This document shows positions 1 through 7,351 of a stretch of DNA of 64,000 nucleotides, piece after piece. This DNA is from Minisyncoccota bacterium (GTDB lineage Bacteria; Patescibacteriota; Minisyncoccia; Phycocordibacterales; PALSA-1337), in NCBI GenBank assembly GCA_036170235.1, contig JAVHOW010000016.1:5511-69510 (forward strand), in the 5' to 3' direction. The translations under genes and the position numbers were made by a program. The notes under the pieces were generated by a model, which was not told the DNA's origin, did no database searches, and saw only the letters and a program-made list of their open reading frames with translations. Within the stretch, counting starts at the first letter, position 1, and every line of letters begins with the position of its first letter.

Positions 1-2
1 TT

Positions 3-1142
3 CTTGGCCATTCTTCAAAAGCTGGGGCTGGAATAATAAATGTTTCCAATGGTATAGAAGAGGCCGATGCCTCTGCCGCATGGACAGTTGCTGGAATAGC
101 TCAAGGTGTTGCATGGACTAATCTAAATAATCAATATCTTAACAGCTGTACGGATATCAGCAGCCTTACACCAGCCGCTTTAGAGGGAGTTGTTATCAAT
201 GGAGGTGCACCAGGAACGTTCCCGCCAGGCTGTTATTGGAGTTCTGGTCCGATGGGCATAACCGCTAGCGGTATTGTGACTTTAAGTGGCGCTGGGACCC
301 ACCTCTTCAGGCCAGGTGGAGCGCTTACTACTGGTGCCAACTCACAGGTTAATTTAACTGGTGCAGGGGCATCAGCTTGTGACGTGTTCTGGATTCCAAT
401 AGCGGCGACAACTCTCGGTGCCAACTCTATATTCACAGGAACTGACATTGATGCTTCGGGTATTACTATCGGTGATACCGTAGCTTGGTCTGGTAGAGCC
501 TTGGCCTACGGTGGAACCATCACTTCCAATGGAGGAATTGCTACCGTAAATACCATCACCGTGCCGACATGTACTAATCCCGCATCGCTCACTGTTACCA
601 AGACGGTTATTAATGATGGCGGTGGAACCAAAGTTGTCGCTGACTTCCCGCTGTCAGTCGACGCGACATTGGTCACTTCCGGCGTGCTCAATAACTTTCA
701 AGCTGGTACGTATGTGATAACCGAAACCACAAATTCCAACTATAACCAAACATTCTCTGGTAGTTGCATCGGCGGTAACATCACTATTGTCTCCGGTCAA
801 GACTATGCCTGCACCATCACCAACACTTATGTGCCACCGCCAGTCTCATCTAGTAGTTCGGGTGGGGGCACGCACTATGGCTGTAAAGATCCAAACGCTT
901 CAAATTATGAGTATTTTGCATCAAGTAATCCTGCATTGTGTGTATATACCAATGCGGTAATCTCTCCTATTGTTGTCGCTACTACTACAATTAACACTAC
1001 AGTCTTCGTTCCAAAACTTCCAAACACAGGATTTCCTCCTGAAAGGAAAAGTATTCTGTGGGATGATATAGCCATCTTGGCTGGTACTTTAATGTTGGTT
1101 TCAATCTCGCTTGTTATGTTTTTTAAAAAAATCAAGATATAG
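3..1142 (+). CDS. Surface protein, 5'-partial. It has an ice-binding-like (DUF3494) beta-helix region, a DUF11-like repeat domain and a C-terminal LPNTG sorting signal followed by a TM segment and KKIKI tail.
   Basis: The frame is open from the window start with no stop before 1142. The track ORF 252..1142 lacks a signal peptide, so the start is upstream of the window. LPNTGFPPERKS is followed by a hydrophobic stretch and a basic tail. Confidence 0.7.
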   Translation, partial: LGHSSKAGAGIINVSNGIEEADASAAWTVAGIAQGVAWTNLNNQYLNSCTDISSLTPAALEGVVINGGAPGTFPPGCYWSSGPMGITASGIVTLSGAGTHLFRPGGALTTGANSQVNLTGAGASACDVFWIPIAATTLGANSIFTGTDIDASGITIGDTVAWSGRALAYGGTITSNGGIATVNTITVPTCTNPASLTVTKTVINDGGGTKVVADFPLSVDATLVTSGVLNNFQAGTYVITETTNSNYNQTFSGSCIGGNITIVSGQDYACTITNTYVPPPVSSSSSGGGTHYGCKDPNASNYEYFASSNPALCVYTNAVISPIVVATTTINTTVFVPKLPNTGFPPERKSILWDDIAILAGTLMLVSISLVMFFKKIKI

Positions 1143-1161
1143 TCTAATATGCTCTGCTATT

Positions 1162-1971
1162 ATGAAAAACTATAAACACTCCACAACGATTCTTCCTAAC
1201 ATATTCTTTATTTTGTTGTCATTCGTTTTGGGTGCAACTCCAGTATTCGCGCACAGAAGTCCAGATACTTGTACCGGTAGTGGTTTACAAATCAGTCTTT
1301 ATACGAACCTTACAGAGGTTCATATCGGAGATCTTATTTCTTATAGTGTAGATGTGTATAATGGTCTTAAAATTGGACCCGTTGTTTGTGATGCTACCGA
1401 TATTACAGCTTCTATCGTCACACCTGATGGTCAAAATCATCCTATTACACTCCTACGGACGACACTTTTAAATGGACAAGTCGATTCGTACACAAATGTT
1501 GTAACCTATACCGCACGAACTCAAGATGTTAAAACTGATGGCACGCTGACGGCGACTGCAGTTGATACAGGTAAGATTCATCAAAATGATACTGATAGTG
1601 ATGGAGGTGCTAATCAAGGTGTAAATACCACAGTATTAACTAACACTCCTCCAGTGGTTGTTTCTCCACCAGTAATCCCTACAAGTCCTTCAGGTGGTGG
1701 TGGCTGTGCATATGGTTATAACTTTCAGTTAAATAGATGTAATTACACCCCAGTTATACCACCTCCTGTTACACCACCTCCTGTAATCATCACACAAAAT
1801 ATTCTACCAAATACTCCTATGGTTCTTGGAGCTTCAGATACGAAATTTCCAAATGCTGGCTTTGGTCCGGATGAAAGGTCATTTCCATTTGGAATAGTTC
1901 TCTTTGTTGGAGTTTTGACGTTATTTGCGGCAACTAGCAAGACATATATGTATGTCATCAACAAAAAATAG
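1162..1971 (+). CDS. Secreted surface protein with signal peptide, DUF11-like repeat domain, a Pro-rich PPV linker and a C-terminal sorting-signal-like motif FPNAG followed by a TM segment and a short Lys tail.
   Basis: N-terminus MKNYKHSTTILPNIFFILLSFVLGATPVFA is a signal peptide. The C-terminus FPNAGFGPDERS...FVGVLTLFAA...INKK has the same architecture as the upstream LPNTG protein. Confidence 0.7.
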   Translation: MKNYKHSTTILPNIFFILLSFVLGATPVFAHRSPDTCTGSGLQISLYTNLTEVHIGDLISYSVDVYNGLKIGPVVCDATDITASIVTPDGQNHPITLLRTTLLNGQVDSYTNVVTYTARTQDVKTDGTLTATAVDTGKIHQNDTDSDGGANQGVNTTVLTNTPPVVVSPPVIPTSPSGGGGCAYGYNFQLNRCNYTPVIPPPVTPPPVIITQNILPNTPMVLGASDTKFPNAGFGPDERSFPFGIVLFVGVLTLFAATSKTYMYVINKK

Positions 1972-2557
1972 TTGGTTATTATCAGCATTTATGGTAGGTA
2001 TATTTATATTCCTGTATCTTTTGCTTACCAACGCCAATAGTACTACACAAACTATCCAAGTTGCTGTGCAAACTACCGCATTAGCACAAAAATATACACA
2101 GATCAAAAAAGAGATTGTGACAACATTTCCAGTTCGTCTCATAATTCCTACAATCAGTGTTGATGCGGAGGTTGAGAGTGTGGGACTTACAATCGAAGGA
2201 GCTATGGACGCTCCAAAAGGTCCTCAACATGTGGGGTGGTTAAATATCAGTCCTAATCCTGGAGATAATGGAAATTCCGTCATTGATGGACATCGTGGTT
2301 GGAAAAATAATATCTCGGCAGTTTTTGATCGTCTGCATGAATTACGTATAGGAGATCAAATATATGTAAAAGATAATAATGAAGTTTCTACTTTATTTAT
2401 AGTTCGGAAAATTAGAACCTATGCCCAAGGAGAGGATGCTGAAGAAGTTTTTAGAGCAAGCACCGGGGTGCATCTCAATCTGATTACTTGTGATGGTAAT
2501 TGGGATGTTAGTAAAAAAAGTTATACCAAACGGCTGGTTGTGTTTGCTGATAGATAA
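1952..2557 (+). CDS. Sortase family transpeptidase.
   Basis: N-terminal TM helix, catalytic His in IDGHRGW, and the TLXTC motif as LNLITCDG. It lies immediately downstream of two sorting-signal proteins. The start is ambiguous among 1925, 1952 and 1991. Confidence 0.8.
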   Translation: MSSTKNSWLLSAFMVGIFIFLYLLLTNANSTTQTIQVAVQTTALAQKYTQIKKEIVTTFPVRLIIPTISVDAEVESVGLTIEGAMDAPKGPQHVGWLNISPNPGDNGNSVIDGHRGWKNNISAVFDRLHELRIGDQIYVKDNNEVSTLFIVRKIRTYAQGEDAEEVFRASTGVHLNLITCDGNWDVSKKSYTKRLVVFADR

Positions 2558-2736
2558 ATTAGCATGTCAAAAAAATAAGAGTAAGCGAATTATGCTAGTT
2601 GGTTATATAAGTTCACATTACTAATAAATACGCTGTAATATCTTTGTCCTTGGAACGGCAGATATTATGAGGGTAGTAAATGGCAGGTCGAGCGTTTATA
2701 TTTTACCAACTACATTAATTATAATTATAAAATACT

Positions 2737-3402
2737 ATGACTAATAACATAAGTTTTTCGAAAGTTTCTTCTAGTGTGCTTCTTGGGGTGGGTTTACTAA
2801 TTATGACCGTGCTAGTTATGGCGGCACCTTCATCCGCTAAGGCAGATACATTGTATCGCCAACTTCAAGTTGGTATGTCAGGATCAGACGTAGGTTCACT
2901 TCAAACATTTCTCGCGCAAGATAGGACTTTATATCCACAAGGATTGGTGACAAATTACTTCGGTTTTCTTACAAAGTCAGCCGTTGCAAACTTCCAATCA
3001 CGTAATGGTATTCCTGCAGTCGGTCGCGTTGGACCAGCTACGCTTCCAGTTCTGAATGCTCAGATGGCAGGCGGGATTAGTAGTGGTGGAGATATCTATG
3101 CTCCAGAAATCTACAGTGTCAATACTGGCGTAAGCAATAATTCAGCCACGGTTTCTTGGGCAACGAATGAGCCTGCTCGTGGTGTTATGTATTACAGTAA
3201 TACTCCGCTCATGGCTTCTGAAACTCTAACGGCTGTTACTATTAGTGGTTCTACTGCTTTATCTGACTCAACGCTTCGTTCTTCACAAAGCATTGGTATC
3301 TCTGGATTGCAGTCGAATACGACATACTACTACATGGCCTATTCTACGGACGCTACAGGCAATGTTAGTGTGACATGGCCAGCAACATTCCATACTAACT
3401 AG
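2737..3402 (+). CDS. Secreted protein with a peptidoglycan-binding (PG_binding_1-like) domain followed by a fibronectin type III-like domain.
   Basis: Signal peptide present. LQTFLAQ...YFGFLTKSAVANFQSRNGIPAVGRVGPAT is PG-binding-like. SATVSWATNEPARGVMYY...NTTYYYMAYSTDATGN is FN3-like. Confidence 0.65.
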   Translation: MTNNISFSKVSSSVLLGVGLLIMTVLVMAAPSSAKADTLYRQLQVGMSGSDVGSLQTFLAQDRTLYPQGLVTNYFGFLTKSAVANFQSRNGIPAVGRVGPATLPVLNAQMAGGISSGGDIYAPEIYSVNTGVSNNSATVSWATNEPARGVMYYSNTPLMASETLTAVTISGSTALSDSTLRSSQSIGISGLQSNTTYYYMAYSTDATGNVSVTWPATFHTN

Positions 3403-3430
3403 TCGCTAGTAGTGTGAAAATGAGTGAACA

Positions 3431-3463
3431 AAAAAATCACCGTTTATGACGGTGATTTTTTTG
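3431..3463. terminator. Rho-independent terminator hairpin.
   Basis: aaaaaatcaccgtttatgacggtgattttttt. GC-containing stem followed by a T-run, between convergent genes. Confidence 0.6.
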
Positions 3464-3530
3464 TTGTGCCGGCTGGGACAATGTTTGGAACTTTTTTAGC
3501 TTGTAATATGGCTAAATAAGAAATACCTAG

Positions 3531-4073
3531 TCAAAAACTCATCTCGTACCAGTTTAGTTTATATATATCTTGAATCAATATTCTTTCACCCGTTGCCCAT
3601 GTCCTGTTCTTTTCCAGTCCAAGAAGCCCAATAGCTTTTCTAACACTCATTTCGCTTGAACCTTCAATTTCAAGAAACGCCGGCATCCCGGGGTATTGAT
3701 CTATGTCAAACGTCCAATCCTTTAATGAGAATGTTGTACGAATTTTTTCTTGATGTGCATACTTCTCGAGCCCAATTTCTTGGAATAAATCTGATAACTG
3801 TTCTGGTGTAGCAATGTTAAAGTTGATTTCTTTATGTTTTCTAACACCACCTGTAATGTTTGATTTCGCTTTCCATGTGACCTCATGCTTTCCTTCAGAA
3901 TTTGATCTTATCCGTAGAAACCAAAGATCCTCGCCTTCCTTCGTACCAATTGGTCTATACCAATCAACTATTAAGGTAGTTTTCTGTATCTTTTTTGCCT
4001 TCAATAAAATAAGTGACTTAATAATTTTTTTCTCATCAATATCCAGCACTTTTGTTTCGATTTCGAATGCCAT
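3531..4073 (-). CDS. CYTH domain protein (class IV adenylate cyclase / triphosphatase-like).
   Basis: N-terminal EIETK (ExExK) motif and the size are typical of CYTH/CyaB. Confidence 0.65.
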   Translation of the reverse strand: MAFEIETKVLDIDEKKIIKSLILLKAKKIQKTTLIVDWYRPIGTKEGEDLWFLRIRSNSEGKHEVTWKAKSNITGGVRKHKEINFNIATPEQLSDLFQEIGLEKYAHQEKIRTTFSLKDWTFDIDQYPGMPAFLEIEGSSEMSVRKAIGLLGLEKNRTWATGERILIQDIYKLNWYEMSF

Positions 4074-4095
4074 AAAAGTTTAGTTGATTAAAGAA

Positions 4096-4494
4096 TTATT
4101 TTCTTGCTGTCAATTCAATCTCTTCTTTTAGGAGGTCGAATTTTACTATGAATTTATCGAAGAAACCTTTTTGTCCTGCTAGTCCATAAGGTACAATATT
4201 TCCTCCAACTGAAGGCATAAATCCACCCTTAATATCGTATGATATATTACCGACTTTCAACGTAACTGGATGGACATAATACAAAGAAACTTTTCCTCCT
4301 ACACCAAACGCTTCTTTAATTTCACTGTTACTTCTATTTATACCAATATCTTCCCCAATTTCTGAGTCAAAAAAGCAGTGATCAGCACCGGAATCAACCA
4401 ATACTTCATAATCGGTAAACTTACCTTTATTTATTAGTTGCACTGATATAACAGGACGCAAAGCGTCCCCATATGCTTTATACTTGAACTTCAT
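4096..4494 (-). CDS. Retropepsin-like (clan AA) aspartic protease.
   Basis: VLVDSGADHCFFD contains the D-S/T-G-A active-site signature at ~130 aa. The start overlaps the upstream gene stop by ATGA. Confidence 0.7.
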   Translation of the reverse strand: MKFKYKAYGDALRPVISVQLINKGKFTDYEVLVDSGADHCFFDSEIGEDIGINRSNSEIKEAFGVGGKVSLYYVHPVTLKVGNISYDIKGGFMPSVGGNIVPYGLAGQKGFFDKFIVKFDLLKEEIELTARK

Positions 4495-4694
4495 AATAAG
4501 GCACCGCCAATAAAAGCTGATAAATTTGAAGGCATACGTGTAAAAATAGGGTGAGGATGACCATTCTTCAAGGCGCGGGCACGTGCTTCTTTCAATGTTT
4601 TACCGTATCCTACCACAGTTATTTCGTCTTTGAGTAAAGCTACCCAAAGTCCTTTATATTTTTTGTAGATTTGAGTCCAGTTGATTGCTGACAT
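4491..4694 (-). CDS. Small protein (DUF5678-like) cotranscribed with the aspartic protease.
   Basis: A 67-aa ORF with a 4-nt overlap with the protease gene. The KGLWVAL...VVGYGKTLKEARARA pattern is present. Confidence 0.5.
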   Translation of the reverse strand: MSAINWTQIYKKYKGLWVALLKDEITVVGYGKTLKEARARALKNGHPHPIFTRMPSNLSAFIGGALL

Positions 4695-4718
4695 ATCATA
4701 ATTTTAGCAACAAAAAGT

Positions 4719-4740
4719 ACTTCGTCAATATTGACGAAGT
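4719..4740. promoter_or_regulatory. Perfect 22-bp palindrome ACTTCGTCAATATTGACGAAGT upstream of the minus-strand three-gene operon. Candidate operator/promoter.
   Basis: Seen directly in the sequence, 25 nt upstream of the first gene start at 4694 on the minus strand. It contains TTGACG. Confidence 0.4.
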
Positions 4741-4935
4741 TATTCTCCAGTACTCTAATAAAGTTTTTGGTGCCCGGGGTGCCTAGTAGGTCAATCTGCT
4801 GATTGAGGAATCTTTCCTTACAGGAACTGTACAGGCTTCACATTTTTTCGAATTCGACAAGCTCATTCTCAAAAATATGTTCAGCCTTTTCGATTCCCAC
4901 ACGTGAGTCGCGCAGGCGACTCACTCCCGAGCCAC

Positions 4936-4966
4936 AAAAAAATCCGCAAAGAAGCGGATTTTTTTC
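4936..4966. terminator. Hairpin plus T-run terminator downstream of tRNA-Leu (minus strand).
   Basis: aaaaaaatccgcaaagaagcggattttttt. Confidence 0.55.
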
Positions 4967-4968
4967 TG

Positions 4969-5052
4969 TGCCCGGGGTGGGAATCGAACCCACACAGCCT
5001 TTCGGCTACAAAATTTTAAGTCTTGCGTGTATACCAATTTCACCACCCGGGC
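4969..5052 (-). tRNA. tRNA-Leu (anticodon UAA), type II with long variable arm.
   Basis: Cloverleaf folded by eye. Acceptor GCCCGGG/CCCGGGC, anticodon loop CUUAAAA, long variable arm GCCGAAAGGCU, T-loop GGTTCGATTCC. CCA is not encoded. Confidence 0.8.
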
Positions 5053-5154
5053 GGGTTAGTTATAAGTTTACAATTATCAGTCATTAATTACTATTCAAAG
5101 CGCACGGTGTTTTGACTTTTGACTAATAACTAATAATTGCAAACTAATAACTTG

Positions 5155-5227
5155 AGGCCACGGCGAGAATCGAACTCGCGTATAGCTCTTTTGCAGAGAG
5201 CCGAATTACCACTTTTCTACGTGGCCA
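5155..5227 (-). tRNA. tRNA-Cys (anticodon GCA).
   Basis: Acceptor GGCCACG/CGTGGCC, anticodon stem-loop GCTCT-CTGCAAA-AGAGC, T-arm GCGAGTTCGATTCTCGC. Confidence 0.8.
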
Positions 5228-5276
5228 CCTCACTATACTAGCACGTTACTTTACAGACTTTAAGGACTTTATGACT

Positions 5277-5603
5277 TTACAGACTCTTCTCGATTTCGTC
5301 TATCTTTTGCCTGTTTTTCTCACCGATATCGATTGCGACTTCAAAGAATGGAATGCGTCCAATACGAGATTTTTCCATGACATACTGACGAAAATCGGTA
5401 AGCTGACGATGGGCGAATTCGAGTGCGGATGCTTCAGCGTTTTCAGGTAGAACTGTCATCAGAATGCGCGCCTTGCCACCTCTACTGAATATTTCAACAC
5501 CTGTAATCGTGATCAATGATTGCCTGTTTGACTCGCGTGAAAAATACTCGGCAGCGAGCTCGCGAATCATTTCTTTTAGTTTGTCGTCTTTTTGAGCGGT
5601 CAT
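5277..5603 (-). CDS. rbfA: Ribosome-binding factor A.
   Basis: 108 aa, adjacent to infB as in the canonical nusA-infB-rbfA context. RbfA-like sequence. Confidence 0.8.
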   Translation of the reverse strand: MTAQKDDKLKEMIRELAAEYFSRESNRQSLITITGVEIFSRGGKARILMTVLPENAEASALEFAHRQLTDFRQYVMEKSRIGRIPFFEVAIDIGEKNRQKIDEIEKSL

Positions 5604-5616
5604 AAAATATATAATA

Positions 5617-7170
5617 TTAAACCTTCTCCACCGTCCTTATCGCTTCTATTCTATCTCCTGGCGCGACTTCAACTTTGGCATCTAATAACATACCAAACTC
5701 GAATCCTTCACGGACTTCATCCGTAGTTTTCTTTGCCTGCTGGAGTCCGCGTATTTTACCACGACCAATCTCGGCCTCACGACGCATGATACGTACTTCA
5801 TTTCCAGTAAAAATAGAGCCAGTTTCAACTTTGCCACCAACTACTTGCTTATCTTTTTCTTTTGAGAATAAAGCCATGATTTTGGCGCGGCCGGTCATTT
5901 CCTCGACATATTCTTTTGGAACTTTTGCCATGAGCGCGTCTTTGACATATTGCGTGAGTTCGTAAATTATACTGAAGTTTTTGACCGAAAGAGGAATCGC
6001 CGAACGTTCAATCATACTTTCAGCGCCTTTTTCCGGTGCGGCGTTGAAACCAATCAGAAGAATAGTTGGATCGCCGAGCGCTGTCTTCACATCATTTTCA
6101 TTTATGTCACCAATTCCTTCAGAGACAATTTTTAACTGGACTTTGTCATGTGTAACTTTTGCCAATTCATGCTTGACGCCATCGAGACTACCTATGACGT
6201 CGGCTTTAATAATGATTGGGACAATAACAATTGCCGGCTCTTCTTTTCCTGTCTTAGTTTTTTCGGTGATAGTAGAAACAGTTCTCATTTCATGTTCGTA
6301 TGCTTCTACCATTTTCTCCGCCCCTTTTTTGCTTGTTGTAGTCACAAAATCAATTCCACATGCCGGCATAGTATTCCAACCGAGAATTTTGATCGGCATT
6401 GCGGCAGTAGCAATCTCCACTTTTTCTCCTTTGAAATTTTCAATGAAACGAACTGGCGTGAATGCGTTGCCGGCAACCACAAATTCTCCTAGTTTTAGCG
6501 AACCATTTTTCAGAAGTAATGTCGCGGAAATACCTTTGCGCGTATCAAGTGTTGACTCAATGACACTGCCGGTTGCATTCAAACCTAAGTCAGCTTTTAG
6601 GTCAGCCAATTCTGTTACAAGCAGGAGCATGTCGAGTAGTTCAGGAACACCTTTGCCAGTCACTGCCGAAACTTCAACGCAAGGAACATCGCCACCCCAA
6701 CCTTCGACGTATATTTCATTTTCACCGAGACTTTGTTTGGCGCGTTCAATGTTCGCGTTCGGTTTGTCGATCTTGGTGATAGCAACGATGTAAGGGATTT
6801 TGGAATTTTTAATAATTTTGTAAGCTTCAACGGTCTGTGGTTTTACTCCATCTTCGGCAGATACGGCAAGAATTGCGACATCAGCAACCTGCGCGCCACG
6901 TTCGCGGATACCGCAGAAGGCTTCGTGACCAGGCGTGTCCAAGAAAGTCAGCATAGTTTTTTTGCCTTCAGGTGAAGTGTGTTCAACTTGGTACGCTCCC
7001 ATGTGCTGGGTTATACCGCCAGCCTCGCCAGCAACAATGTTGGTTTTGCGGATATAGTCGAGCAAAGTCGATTTGCCATGGTCAATATGCCCCATGACTA
7101 CAATCACAGGAGGACGCTCTGTATGCGAGGCCGTGACGATCAGGTTTTTATGATGTTTGGTAGGCATGGT
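5617..7170 (-). CDS. infB: Translation initiation factor IF-2, short form lacking the long N-terminal region.
   Basis: G domain GHIDHGKST, DTPGHEAF, NKID. Likely start is MPTKHH. The track ORF extends to 7242. Confidence 0.9.
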   Translation of the reverse strand, partial: TMPTKHHKNLIVTASHTERPPVIVVMGHIDHGKSTLLDYIRKTNIVAGEAGGITQHMGAYQVEHTSPEGKKTMLTFLDTPGHEAFCGIRERGAQVADVAILAVSAEDGVKPQTVEAYKIIKNSKIPYIVAITKIDKPNANIERAKQSLGENEIYVEGWGGDVPCVEVSAVTGKGVPELLDMLLLVTELADLKADLGLNATGSVIESTLDTRKGISATLLLKNGSLKLGEFVVAGNAFTPVRFIENFKGEKVEIATAAMPIKILGWNTMPACGIDFVTTTSKKGAEKMVEAYEHEMRTVSTITEKTKTGKEEPAIVIVPIIIKADVIGSLDGVKHELAKVTHDKVQLKIVSEGIGDINENDVKTALGDPTILLIGFNAAPEKGAESMIERSAIPLSVKNFSIIYELTQYVKDALMAKVPKEYVEEMTGRAKIMALFSKEKDKQVVGGKVETGSIFTGNEVRIMRREAEIGRGKIRGLQQAKKTTDEVREGFEFGMLLDAKVEVAPGDRIEAIRTVEKV

Positions 7171-7351
7171 AGTAGTAAATCGGCGCGATGCGCGCTTGCA
7201 CATTAGAGAATAGAGTGTAGCAGAAATGATGAAGTTTGACAATCACTATTTCTATATGGTGATGTCATGAGTCATTATGTATTTTATTTCTATCTACAAG
7301 GATTTATTGTCTAAAAATGTTCCGCGCGCTATAGTAAACAAATCTAACTTT

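Noticed and set aside
233-448. 71-aa minus-strand ORF
   Set aside because: It is antisense within the 5'-partial surface protein gene whose frame is open from the window start.
4803-5087. 94-aa plus-strand ORF
   Set aside because: It overlaps tRNA-Leu and the terminator on the opposite strand and its composition is not protein-like. It is spurious.
5675-7206. Several 60-270-aa plus-strand ORFs antisense to infB
   Set aside because: They are shadow ORFs within a well-supported conserved gene.
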